Positions 39,763 through 51,734 of a stretch of 64,000 bases of DNA are shown here, piece after piece. The notes under the pieces are model-generated. The model was not told the origin of the DNA. It did no database searches and worked only from the letters and a program-made list of their open reading frames with translations. The first letter of the stretch is position 1; every line of letters begins with the position of its first letter. Both the position numbers and the translations under genes were made by a program. Source of the DNA: Octopus sinensis (taxonomy: Eukaryota); assembly GCF_006345805.1 (NCBI RefSeq), contig NC_043005.1, positions 19,220,001 to 19,284,000 of the forward strand, given 5' to 3'.

Positions 39763-39972
39763 TGTGTGTGTGTTTGTGTGTGCGTGTTTGTGTGTCTGTG
39801 TGTTTGTGTGTCTGTGTTTGTCCCCCCCACCATCGCTTTGACAACTGATGTTGCTGTGATACTGACAAAATAAGTACTAGGCTTACAAAGAATAAGTCCT
39901 GGGCTCGATTTGTTCGATGAAAGGTGGTGATCCAGCATGGCCACAGTCAAATGACTGAAACAAGTAAAAGAG
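39513..39972 (+). mobile_element. SINE family A, full length
   Basis: ggcgcaggagtaactgtg...atgactgaaacaagtaaaagag. Confidence 0.9.
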
Positions 39973-40639
39973 TACTACATAATCTTTTCTCACTGAAGTA
40001 TATTGATTATCCCTGTTCGTTGAAGGCTTTTATCGAATTTTCATTTTAGCAGTGAACTCGTTAAAATGCAGTGTGTAGGATGCTAAAGCTATTTTTAAAA
40101 AAATGCTCATAATCTCTGTAAAATCTCGACTTGAATACCACGTTTTCGCCACTGTAGAGCTAAAAGTTGGTTTGCTCTTGACAGCGCCAGTAAGCTTACT
40201 TCTAAAAGGAATAGATTTTATTCCTGATTTAGGACCAACATTGAGAGGGTAGGAAGTTCGTTGGTAAGTCTGTGTACTTTTTTGAGCAACTTCCAGGAAA
40301 CACACCCGGGTTTTGCTAGTTTCAAAGAATTCAATGAAGAGCTCTCAAGAAGTCTTTGTCAAATATAGTCACAGGAAATCTTCGAAATAGAAGTAGCTCG
40401 AACTATCTATTTCCGATATACTCTAGCAGTACCTAGCAAAATTGCTTAGAATTGTGATATAGGGTTTATTTAAAATTTTCGCATGACTGCTGTCTTCCTG
40501 ATTGCGATTGGAGTCTGCCAAAATATTTTGTATTTTGCTATATAATGCAGATTCGATGGGGTGTAACTGTTGAAGAATTGTAGTCGGCAGAAAGTTGAAA
40601 ATGAGAGCTAATTAACAGAATGACTCATCAAGACAACAG

Positions 40640-40646
40640 TAGTAAC

Positions 40647-40719
<73 letters not shown>

Positions 40720-40812
40720 ATAGTAGTAGTAGAAGAAGAAGAAGAAGAAGAAGAAGAAGAAGAAGAAGAAGAAGAAGAAGAAGAAGAAGAAGAGAAGAAG
40801 AAGAAGAAGAAA
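40640..40812. repeat. (GTA)n then (GAA)n microsatellite
   Basis: Direct reading. Confidence 0.95.
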
Positions 40813-40924
40813 TGATATGATATTAGTGTAAAATGCTAAGGCTAAAAATTCACAAATCCTCCAACTTTCCTGTTTCCGATATTTGAAGAATTAAATCATC
40901 CATCCACCCATACATACATACATA

Positions 40925-42700
40925 CATGCATTGATGGTGAAACTCTTGCAACTGTGATCCAGAAACTCCAGGATGGAAAAGCACCTGAAAGAGACTTGAT
41001 TGTTGGATATTGGTACAAGAAGCTAACCTTCAATCGACCATATCTTATCAATCTGTACCAGTAAGCTCTCGATGGGAACAGTAGCATATCACACTGGTTA
41101 TTTCTGGCAGAGACAAAATTGGTCTCCAAATGCAGAACCACTCACATGGCAAAATACTACCGGCCAATTTCATGCCAGAACTTAATGAATAAGATATATA
41201 CATCATGGTTAAATCTCTTCCTCAAGGACCATTGTGAAACCAATAACATCACCGCAGATCAAGCAGTTTGGAAGAAGGGAGTCTGGGGATGTGCCGAGCA
41301 ATTGTTAATCAACAAAACTGAGATGCCCGAGGTGCAAGAGCATAGGAAGAACCTAGTTTCAATGTGGCTAGACTATAAGAAAGCATTTGACTCTGTTCCC
41401 CACTTATGGATGCTAGAATCCCTTCAATTTGCTAAAGTTCCGGTGAGTATAGTCAAAGCTATAACTAACCCGACGTCATCGTGGGCCACCATCTTAAAAT
41501 TAAACACAAAGAGTGACTGTATTATCACTGATAGAATACAGTATCGCGAAGGCATATTCCAAGGGTCAGCTTCTCTGTGATGTTGTTTATACTTTCTGTA
41601 AATCCATTGTCATTCATGTTACGAAGTCTGAAGGATAGCTCACTGGTTCACAAGGAAACAGAAATACCAAAATTACAGTTTCTTTATGAATGACTCGAAA
41701 CTTTGTGCAAAGAATATACATGAGATGAAAACGAGCCTTGATCTAGCCACAGCATACTCAACGAAGTTTGATCAGGATAAATGTTGTTATATAGTTGTGA
41801 AAAAGGGGGGAAAACTATAAACCAGACTAGCAACATCGCCATCAATGATTTGACTGTTTCTGCTATATCTGATGATGAATGTTACAGATATCTAGGTGTG
41901 GATGGAAACATATCTTACAATGGCACCTGTAACAAAATATGTCACTAGAGAATATTAGAGCCGAATAAAGAAAATTTGGAAACTCAGAACTATCTGCAGT
42001 CAATAAAACAGTGGCCCACAATGTGTTTGCAGTGCCAACACTCATACCAATATTTGGGCTGCTCTATTGGACGCTTGATGAGATCCGAGCCATTGATGTG
42101 AAAACCCGAAAAATACTAACAAGCACACATAATTTTCACATAAACAGTGATGTCGACCGCTTCTAACTCAAGCGAAAACAAAGCAACAGAGACTTAACAT
42201 CGATCGAAAATGGCTTTGAATATCGTACCAAATCCCTACAGCAACATCTTTTAACCACCAAGTGTCGAAGTGCATCTCTTGACCAACTTTACATACATGA
42301 GGCCGTTAACATCATAAGATTTGGAAGGCAGCTCCTTGAGCAACAATCTTTGCCTGATAACCTAGAATACATGCCCAAAGAAGTCGCATGACTCTACCAC
42401 AACGTATCAACAGATGAAAAGATGAACCTATATGAGCAGAAGACTATGCATGGATATGTCAGTAGAAAGCTCTGTGATGATAGTAACATCTATCATCAAC
42501 GCAGTTTATCATCGACGAATAGCCGGATTACTACCTCTCGCTTTGATGAGTATGCGCTTGCAATCCAGGAACAGGAAATATCAACCAAGTACCTGATGCA
42601 CAAAAGGGATAGAGATACAGGAAAAGCAGTAAACTGTGACAACCGATGCAGACTTTGTGGAGTCAGCACCGAAGATATCACCCACATCATAAGCAATTGT
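40925..42700 (+). mobile_element. R4/Dong-like (RLE-type) LINE relic: RT plus CCHC knuckle, frameshifted
   Basis: WKAP..DLIVGYWYK, YRPISCQN, WLDYKKAFDSVPH, GIFQG, FMND (catalytic-motif remnant), KTMHGY, AIQEQEISTKY, CRLCGVSTEDITHIISNC. Confidence 0.88.
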
Positions 42701-43689
42701 CTGAAAGAGAATGAGAAAATCTTTGGCAGTGCAAGGAGTATCCACCAAATCCTCGATACTTTAAAGAACACATTTCACTGGAAATATATTTTCGATTCAT
42801 CAATATCTCCAGCATCAATCTGAGTATGTCAGAAATTATAACAACAACAGCAGCAACAGCAGCAGCAGAAGCAGTAGCAGCAGCAGCAGTAGCAGCAGCA
42901 ACAGCAGCACTGCACTGTGGTACTTTAACTTGAAAGAGAGCTGCCTGTCTGCTGCAACAAATAGTATTTAACAAAGGATTAAATAACCACGAATCAAATG
43001 GAAAAATGAGAAAATGTTGAAAGATAACTGAATGATTTAGTGGTAAAATACATTTAATTTTGCCTTACGTAAATAATGTATAACAACATACTTTCTGGCG
43101 GATGGAGGATTGAATACTGTATTACGAAGCTAATGAATTACATTGGTTATATCTGCCTAAGATTGATTCAGTAACCTCATACAAGCGTTATAAATAGCTT
43201 TAATATAAGGCGTATCAATCAGCCATAGGCTTGAAGAGGAATGCGTATTTGAATCTGATAAATAAAAATACGATAAATGGAGCAGGATCCCAGCTTCATC
43301 AGCATCAGATAAACCAGCGCCAGGCGGAAATATTACAATGAAATAAAGCGACTTTACCGGTCATATCTAGCATATAAATTTGGTCAGGCAAAAAATTGAC
43401 ACAAAGGAATATTGTTAAGAATCTGCATGCATATTTTACAGCCACATTACTGAACAAATAAAGCTACGACAATATTTTCACATGAAATTGGGAGAGAAAA
43501 TAAATAACCCTGCTCATGACCTAACTTTGAATCGTAACAAATTGCGTAACATATTAACGTGTACAACACTAACAGAATACTATTCAACAAAAACCGAACT
43601 AGAAAAACACACATATCTGTGTGTGTGTGTGTGTGTGTGTGTGTAAGCGCGCGCTTGTGATTGTACATATGCATATGGAAAATATACAT

Positions 43690-43730
<41 letters not shown>

Positions 43731-43756
43731 GATATGTATATATATTATATATATAT

Positions 43757-43955
43757 AGGGAGAGTTCACGAAAAAAACAAAGGACGAAGACAGGTGGTGT
43801 AGAAAACAAACAGATGTATTACTATAACGCTCAGGAATTGAAAAAAGTCTTTTACGTTTCGAGCCTACGCTCTTCTACAGAAAGGGGACACAGAAAAGAA
43901 AAACACGGAGAGAAACAAGGAGAGAAAAAATGTGTGTAGTGGCTACCGATCTATC
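43757..43955 (-). mobile_element. Short non-coding element carrying a variant hammerhead motif (43884-43849)
   Basis: Minus strand CTTT-CTGTAGA-A-GAGC gtag GCTC-GAAAC-GT-A-AAAG; all stems intact, core position 6 is U instead of A. Confidence 0.6.
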
Positions 43956-44045
43956 ATATATTATATTATATTATATTATATATTATATTATATTATATTA
44001 TATTATATTATATTATATTATATTATGTTAGATTATATTATATTG
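43953..44045. repeat. (ATTAT)n pentanucleotide repeat
   Basis: Direct reading. Confidence 0.95.
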
Positions 44046-44932
44046 TGTGTGCGTGTGTGTATGATGACTTCGCTCGTGACCGAGGAATCGATGAACTAAA
44101 CGGAGTACACAAATGAAAAATGTTGAAATAAATATGATAGACACATTAGGTTAATTAATTAAGACAAATCAAGATGCAAAAATAGATATTTGGCAATAAT
44201 GTTTTTACTGTCCCAGTAATATATTATAGTCATAGAATCTAATTTGAAGCCAAGCGAATTGACATGACTACACAGAAAAAGAGGTAAAATATTGAGCTAT
44301 TATATGATCATCATTTTTATGTGAACATCAGAGAGTCGTGGGCCTTGCGCAACAAGAAAACTACTCTAAAGTATTAATTTGTAGGACTACAAAAATATTA
44401 CGCAAAGAACGATGGAAAATAATTATAATAAAAAATACTAACAAAGCCAAAACCTGTCTTTTTTTTTCTGTTTTCAACAAATACAAAAGAAAGGTTGAAG
44501 TGACAGATAGCAGATAGTCGTGAAGAAAAAGGGAAAACAACAGAAATCGTAAAAGCGAAAGAAAGTAAAAAAAATGAGGCTACAGAATGCCATGTTAAAG
44601 CTGTCTGAAAATATCCCTTGCATAACCTAAACCTGAAAAAAAAGACAAAAACAGCGATTCGAATGAAATCAGACCATATGATGGAAAGTTTAGAGCGCAA
44701 AGTTGATACTGAAGGAAACTTGAATGAATTAGATAACAAAACCTTTCCAAGTAATGAAGGAGAATAGATGAAGAAACTACTGAAAAGATGACTGCTGAGA
44801 AGAAGCAATTAACCTTTGTCTTTGATTGCCTCCGGTGATTAACTATATTGTTTTCTTCTTAGCCAAGAAAGAATACATCTAGACCACTGGTCCTCAACCT
44901 GGGGTCAGCAAAGGCAGTATTGGGGATCCTTG

Positions 44933-44986
<54 letters not shown>

Positions 44987-45347
44987 AATCTCTGAACGAG
45001 GTATAAACTGTTGTTTCACGTTCAGAGATGTATTATTGCTTGTTTACACTTTTTCGAGATCAGTGACTTTTCGTCACTGGAAAAAGGATATATGTATTTG
45101 CATTGGGACCCCTTCGCATCGAAGACCGGTGATTGTCGTGTACTGACGACGGGTAAATATCCAGAAACCCGGGTCCGTGCGTATCACGTCAAGTCGACGA
45201 TGGGAAGGATGGGTTCCTTTTGCAAATACTAATAGGGCATAGAAAGTGTGTCAATAGCCAGCTGGAGATGTTCTCCTGGGGCTGCAAACTACAGTAGCAT
45301 CCACCCTTAGTGGTTAGCCACATTTAAGTGGCAAATATACTTCATAT

Positions 45348-45440
<93 letters not shown>

Positions 45441-45655
45441 AATAAATATTAGGGAATATATCCAAATTTACAAGGAAAAATCAGATTTAAGATTGAATCC
45501 AATGTCTAAGATGTGCTGACACGAAACGATCGTAGTGGTTATTCATATGTTAAATTCTAATTTATATAAATTATTTTATGTATTGGATTAAGTCTTTCTT
45601 TGTTTGATTTGCATAATAGTGGTTTTGTCTCTAATTTGATATAATATATATATAT

Positions 45656-45719
<64 letters not shown>

Positions 45720-45721
45720 TA

Positions 45722-46506
45722 CCGTGTCCCAAAAGTCATTGATGGGTTTCAATTTTTAATAACTCCTTTAACTTTACAAATAAATGCATGAAATTTTGAT
45801 ACAATATAAAGAATATAATGGAAATTAATATGCACAAGTCAAATTATGCAACACAACTACATCACATATGGAAAATGATATCGTTTAAATAGCAGCCATT
45901 TTCGGCTTCGCACGCCCGTGCTCTCTCCAAAACTTGCACAACACCCTCAAGAGTTTCAGGCCCCACTTCTCTGATTTCTCTATTGATGTTCTCCTTCAGT
46001 TGCACCAGAGTCTCCGGTTTGTTAATGTAAACCCTCTCTTTCGGTTATTCCGACAAGAAAAAATCCGAGCTAGTCTGGGGAATGTGAAGGTCATTCAAAG
46101 TAGACCTCACACATGGTTCCAGCAAGATGAGGCAACTGCTCATACCACAAGAGAAACAATGCAGTTGATGCGGCAGTGTTTTAGAGAGAGAATAATCTTG
46201 AGTACGGCAATGTCAACTGGCCTTCACATTTCCAGACTTGACTAACCCGGATTTTTTCTTGTGGGGATACCTGAATGAGAGGGTTTACTTCAACAAACCG
46301 GAGACCCTGGTGCAACTGAAGGAGAACATCAATAGAGAAATCAGAGAAGTGGGATCTGAAACTCTTGGGGGTGTTATGGTGCAAGTTTTGGAAAGAGCAT
46401 GAACATGCGAAGCCGAAAATGGCTGCCATTTAAGTGATGTCAGTTTTCATATGTGAGTTACGGAAGTTATTAAAAATTGAAACTCCTCAGGGACTTTTAG
46501 GACAAG

Positions 46507-46509
<3 letters not shown>
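45722..46509 (+). mobile_element. Tc1/mariner DD41D-type non-autonomous element with an inverted duplication of the transposase 3' end
   Basis: Degenerate TIRs (gtgtcccaaaagtc / gacttttaggacaa). WFQQDEATAHT...NWP...PDLTNPDFFLWGYL reads across a frameshift. ~45880-46090 is a reverse-complement copy of ~46220-46450. Confidence 0.85.
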
Positions 46510-46595
<86 letters not shown>

Positions 46596-46692
46596 TGTGT
46601 GTGTGTGTATAAGGATAAGCATATTAAAAGGGGTTAGGAACCACTTATCTAGTGCATGGCAGAGATGAAGATTTAATTTACTAGAAATTATG

Positions 46693-46908
46693 AAGGCGGC
46701 GAGCTGGCAGAATCGTTAGCACGCCGGGAAAAATGGTTCGCAGAATTTCGTCTGTCTTCATGTTCCGTGTTCAAAATCCGCCGAGGTTGATTTTTGCCTT
46801 TCATCTTTTCGGAGTCGATAAAATAAGCACCATTTGAGTACTGAGGTCAATGTAATATCGACATGGACCCACCCCAAAATCGCTGGCCTTGTGCCAAAAT
46901 TTGAAACC
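46693..46908 (+). mobile_element. SINE family C, full length
   Basis: aaggcggcgagctggcagaatcgttagc head; gtgttcaaaatccgcc B-box-like motif; core ttttgcctttcatcttttcggagtcgataaaataag; tail ccttgtgccaaaatttgaaacc. Confidence 0.85.
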
Positions 46909-46939
46909 AATTACAAGAACTTATCCGAACATTGTTAAA

Positions 46940-47330
46940 CACAAAGAGAAAAGTGATGGTGTGAAACATCCACCTGAAATGGTTTCAATCAATAACAAAA
47001 TAACCATAATGTGGGATATTCCAACTCACATAGAAAGTTTCAGGTAAATCTACCAGGAAAGATAGTGCCACTTAATGGATGTATCAATTCCATTGATATA
47101 GCACCAAAGAGAAATGGAAAAATTATAACAAGTTATGGAAATGAAGATCATTAGAAATTGGAGACTGCAAAAATATAAAATAAAAACAATCTTTATGATA
47201 ATGAGTGGCTCGAGAATGATTAAAGCAGAAGCACATAAATACACTAGAGCTTACATAATTACGCAACATACGGTACACATGATATGTAAGAGTACTTTGA
47301 ATATACTAGAAAACAAACCCAAAATAATTC
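46940..47330 (+). mobile_element. Decayed R4/Dong-like LINE endonuclease region
   Basis: HPPEMVSINNKITIMWDIPTH and MDVSIP fragments, resembling the ILWD...LIDVSIP RLE motifs. Confidence 0.6.
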
Positions 47331-47639
47331 GCTCTATGCATCCTAGGTACATGTAACTCAGCTCAGTAGTGCAGTAGGAACATGTAAACAAAATAAAACT
47401 GCTGAATAATACTAATTTCTTAGATAAGGACAATACCATAGATATTTTGGTAGGAGATAAGCTGCAATTGGATATATTCGCGCGAGTATTTAATTGCTAT
47501 TTGAACTGATCGATGGCGCGAAGACGAAATGAAAAGTATACGTTAGCAGAATTTTAACGTAGAAAGTAAAGGAATGTCACTAAACACCATAAAGCATTTA
47601 ACATATTTCTCAACTGCAGTAACAATAATAATAATAATA

Positions 47640-47875
47640 ATGCTTTCTACTAATAGCACAAGTCCTGAACTTGGAGGCAGGGGGGGGGGGTAAGTCGATT
47701 ACATCGACCTCAGTTTTTCACTGGTACTAAATTTATCGACCCCGAAAGGATGAAAGCAAAGTTGATCCCGATGGAATTTGAACTCAGAACTCGCAGACAG
47801 ACGAAGTGCCAGTAAGCATTTTTCCCAGCGTGCTAACGATTCTGCCAGCTCGCCGCCTTAGTAACAATAATAATG

Positions 47876-47909
<34 letters not shown>

Positions 47910-48900
47910 AAACACATATAACATACAGAAAATTGCACTACTAGGCACTGCACACATCCTACGCAGAACACTTTCCATACAATAACCATCAGAGCATCAC
48001 AACAAATCACAGCACATACCCAAGGCACACAGAGCTGCGCTCGGTAGTGAAGTGAAAGCACGCTATAAAAATAAAACTACTGAATAATGATAATAATAAT
48101 AATATTTCTAATTTAAACAATAAGTGTACTATTTTGAGTAGGTTGTGGTTGGGGGTTAGTTGATGAAATTAACTTCAGTACGTGATTGGTATTTTATATT
48201 ATTGATCCCGAAAGGATGAGAAGGGAAACTTAACTCTGGTAGGATTTGAAGTCAGAATGTAAGGAGCTACGACTAATACCGAGAAGCACTTTGTTCGATG
48301 CTCTAACGAACTCCCCATTCTCATGATCATTCTGTTTCTAATTTAGGAACAAAGCCGGCAATTTTGACAAGAGAAGGGGTACTTATTTTATCGACTATGT
48401 AAATATGAAAGACACAGTTGAACTCTACCGGATTGAACACAGAAGGTGATGCATTTAGTCCGACGTTCTAATGGTTTAGCCATTCTGCCTCAATAATAAT
48501 AACAATGGTTTCAAATTTTGCCACAAAGCAGTAGTAGTAGTAGTAGTAGTGTTTTGAAATTTTGACTCAAAGCCACAATTTCAAGGGAGATGGGTTTAGT
48601 GGTACCTTATTTTATCGACCCCGAAAGGATGAAAGGCAAAGTCGACTTCGGCAGAATTTAAACTCAGAACGGAGCTAACGATTCTGCCAGTTCACCGCCT
48701 TGGTAACAATTTTTTTCAAATTTTGGTTGAAGGTCGACAATTTCAAGAGGTGGTTTCAGTCGTTCATATCGACCTCAGTGCTTGACTAGTACTTTATTTT
48801 TGGCCTTAATGGGATTTGAACTCAAAACGTGAACAGCCATAACAAATGCGACAAGGCACTTTTACCAACGCTCTAAAAGCTCTGCTATTTCGCTGGCTTT
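47640..48900 (-). mobile_element. Head-to-tail cluster of about five SINE family C copies separated by AAT/GTA repeats
   Basis: Repeated ttttatcgaccccgaaaggatgaaaggcaaag...gaactcagaa units, all in one orientation. Confidence 0.8.
47915..48090 (+). mobile_element. Extreme 3' end of an R4/Dong-like LINE within (AAT)n
   Basis: NIQKIALLGTAHILRRTLSIQ*, a short 3' UTR, then aataatgataataat; AAT tract also upstream. Confidence 0.85.
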
Positions 48901-49109
48901 TCAAATTTAGTACGTAAAGGGACAGAAAAATATGTAGCAAGGATTTTTCCCCCGACAACCTAGCAATCTACTCTCTCATAGTCATAAGAGTATCGGATTA
49001 AAACCACCACTAACACAAGAACAACAGGAACATTAACATCAATAACGTCAGTAACTTTATTTACATTATTTACATTTGACGTATATTTGTCCTCATCTTG
49101 TTTGTTGTT

Positions 49110-49155
49110 AACACAACGTTTCGGCTGATATACCCTCCATCCTTCATCAGGTGTC
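49110..49155 (-). ncRNA. Minimal hammerhead ribozyme motif (one stem II mismatch)
   Basis: Minus strand GACAC-CTGATGA-A-GGATG...CAGCC-GAAACGTT-GTGTT. Confidence 0.7.
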
Positions 49156-49233
49156 TTGGAGAAATTTCAAACCTAGGTTCCCATTTCTAAGATATTTTTC
49201 GATATTATTATTATTGTTGTTGTTGTTGTCGTC

Positions 49234-49285
<52 letters not shown>

Positions 49286-49417
49286 TATTATTATTATTCA
49301 GTTCCCTGCCTGGAATCGAACTCGAGTTTGATTCCAAGCAGTGACCTGAATAATAGTAATAATAATAACATCGAAAAATACTTTAGGAATGAGAACCCAG
49401 GTTTGAAAATTCTCGAA

Positions 49418-49463
49418 GACACCTGATGAAGGCTGGAGGGTATATCAGCCGAAACGTTGTGTT
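49418..49463 (+). ncRNA. Minimal hammerhead ribozyme motif
   Basis: GACAC-CTGATGA-A-GGCTG gagggtatat CAGCC-GAAAC-GT-T-GTGTT. Confidence 0.8.
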
Positions 49464-49821
49464 AACAACAAACAAGATGAGGACAAATATCCGTCAAATG
49501 TAAATAATGTAAATAATGTACATAATTCCTCATCTCTTAAATATAGAACTGTAACATCAGTAACAATAAGACACCGTCTACAAGAACACCAGCAACACTA
49601 GCCTATGAAGAAGCCGCTGTGCTAACGCTCAATCTGCTAGAAATAGGAAGTAGATATTCCCTGAAACTACACCCGATCATTTTTAAGAGAGGAAAACCAC
49701 ATTGGAAAATGTAGTCCCAGATAAACTGTGTATGTAGAAATGATAGTAACAAACAGATTCATAAAATAAGGATATCGCTGGAAGGCCTTTGATTTGTCGC
49801 ATGCTAATCAACTACACTAAC

Positions 49822-49854
<33 letters not shown>

Positions 49855-49855
<1 letters not shown>

Positions 49856-50049
49856 TCTTGAAATTTTGGCACAAAGCCAGCAATTTTAAGGGAGATGGGT
49901 TTAGTGGTACCTTATTTTATCAAACTGGAAAGAATGAAAGTCAAAGTTAACTTGAGCGGAATCTAAACTTATATGTAATGTGTCGGAAGAAATACCGCTA
50001 GACATTTTGTTCGACGCTCTAACAATTCTGAAAGCTCGTCGCCTCAGTG

Positions 50050-50085
<36 letters not shown>

Positions 50086-50280
50086 TAGTAGTAGCAGTAG
50101 TAGTAGTAGTGTCTAATATAGGCTCATGGCCTGAAACTTTACAGAAGGGAGTTAGTCGATTACAACAACTCCTGTACTTGGCTGGTACTTCATTTTATCG
50201 ACCCCAGAGAAAGTTGACTGGCGCGGAATTTGAACTCAGAATGTAAAGAGCCGGAAGAAATACCGCTAAGGATTTACCTT
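49855..50280 (-). mobile_element. Two further SINE family C copies separated by (GTA)n
   Basis: Same core and head as 47640-47859. Confidence 0.7.
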
Positions 50281-50420
50281 CTGGATCCTTTACTACATAC
50301 AGTACGATACTACAGAAACGTTTGGAGCTTAACATACGGGGTCATGTAAAGACAGCGGGTAGAGGGCAGTTATATTATTTTGGAAATTGTGTACAATTGG
50401 TAACATACACATAGTTAATT

Positions 50421-50782
50421 GTGGCACTCCGTCGGTTGCGACGACGAGGGTTCTAGCTGATCCGATCAACGGACAACCTGCTCGTGAACCTTTAACGTAG
50501 TTCTCGGGGAGATTCAGTGTGACACAGAGTGTGACAAAGCTGGCCCTTTAAAATACAGCTACAAGAGAGACAGGAAAAAAGAGTGAGAGAAAGTTGTGGT
50601 GAAAGAATACAGCAGTGGCTGCCACCAGCCTCCTGCCGGAGGTCGCCCTAACCCCTGCCGAAGCCTCGTGGGGCTTTAGGTGTTTTCGCTCAATAAACAC
50701 TCACAACGCCCGGTGTGGGAATCGAAATCGTGATCCTACGACCGCGAGTCTGCTGCCCTAACAACGGGGCCATTGCGCCTCC
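50421..50782 (-). mobile_element. SINE family B, full length
   Basis: Reverse complement of 19463-19845. Confidence 0.88.
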
Positions 50783-51734
50783 ATAGTGAATTGTACAGAT
50801 TGATTGAAAAAATAAATGAATGAGTACATTTCATATAGAGATAAATATTTATTATGAATATTATATTATAAATTTATATTTATTATTAATATCTATTATA
50901 ATATAACTAATATAAATATGAAAATACAAATAACAACGAATGAGAGAATCCCACCCACGCATAAGCAAGAAGTCGCCATCTGGTTTTGATTAGGGTACCC
51001 CATAAGCCTGATTACATGCTAATTCTATGTATTATGTATCTATATACATGAAACGTTCAGTCCTCAAAAGTGGCAGAATTGGTAAGAAAAAAGAAAGAGG
51101 CAACGAGGATTCCTCATGGTAGCTTATGTTATAATAAACTGTTCGCAGACATTATAACAATACGGCTTTCGAGTTCTATGGCAACGGTTAACAATTTTGA
51201 GGAAATGGTGGGTAAGTTGATTATATGGATGCCAATGCTCAACTGGTATTTATTTTAGCGACCTCAAAAAAGACGAAAGGTAAAGTCGAAATCGGCAGTT
51301 TTTGATGTCAGAAGGTAAAATTTCGCCGAGGTCCTAATAATAACAATTCTATTGGCGGCATAGATCCAAGACGTTGGAGACGGGTTGGAGGAACAACACG
51401 AAGGCGAAATACAAAGAGAAACCATAAACAACAGCAGGAGTTTTACGCTGATATAAATCTCAATCAATTAAGACGCATTCATAATTACATTGTAATAATG
51501 ATAACGATTAACAACAGAATAAGGATAATGTTTTCCCGTTTTACGAGTGTTGTAGGTTTTTTTTTATGACTAAAAATAATTCGGTGAAGAGATTCAAACC
51601 ATAAAAATATTCCTTGTTAAAAGACGGTTTTTAATTGTTATTATTGTAACTTAGTGTTTAATAGCTGTACCTGCCTGGAGTTAAATAACAACGTCTGTCA
51701 CAATCACGTTTTTTTTTGTTTTTTTTTTGTTTAT

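Larger units (their letters stand above)
49058..49514. mobile_element. Head-to-head fold-back dimer of family H elements, centred on AACTCGAGTT (49319-49328)
   Basis: The left arm is the reverse complement of the right arm apart from linker microsatellite length and a few substitutions. Confidence 0.88.
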
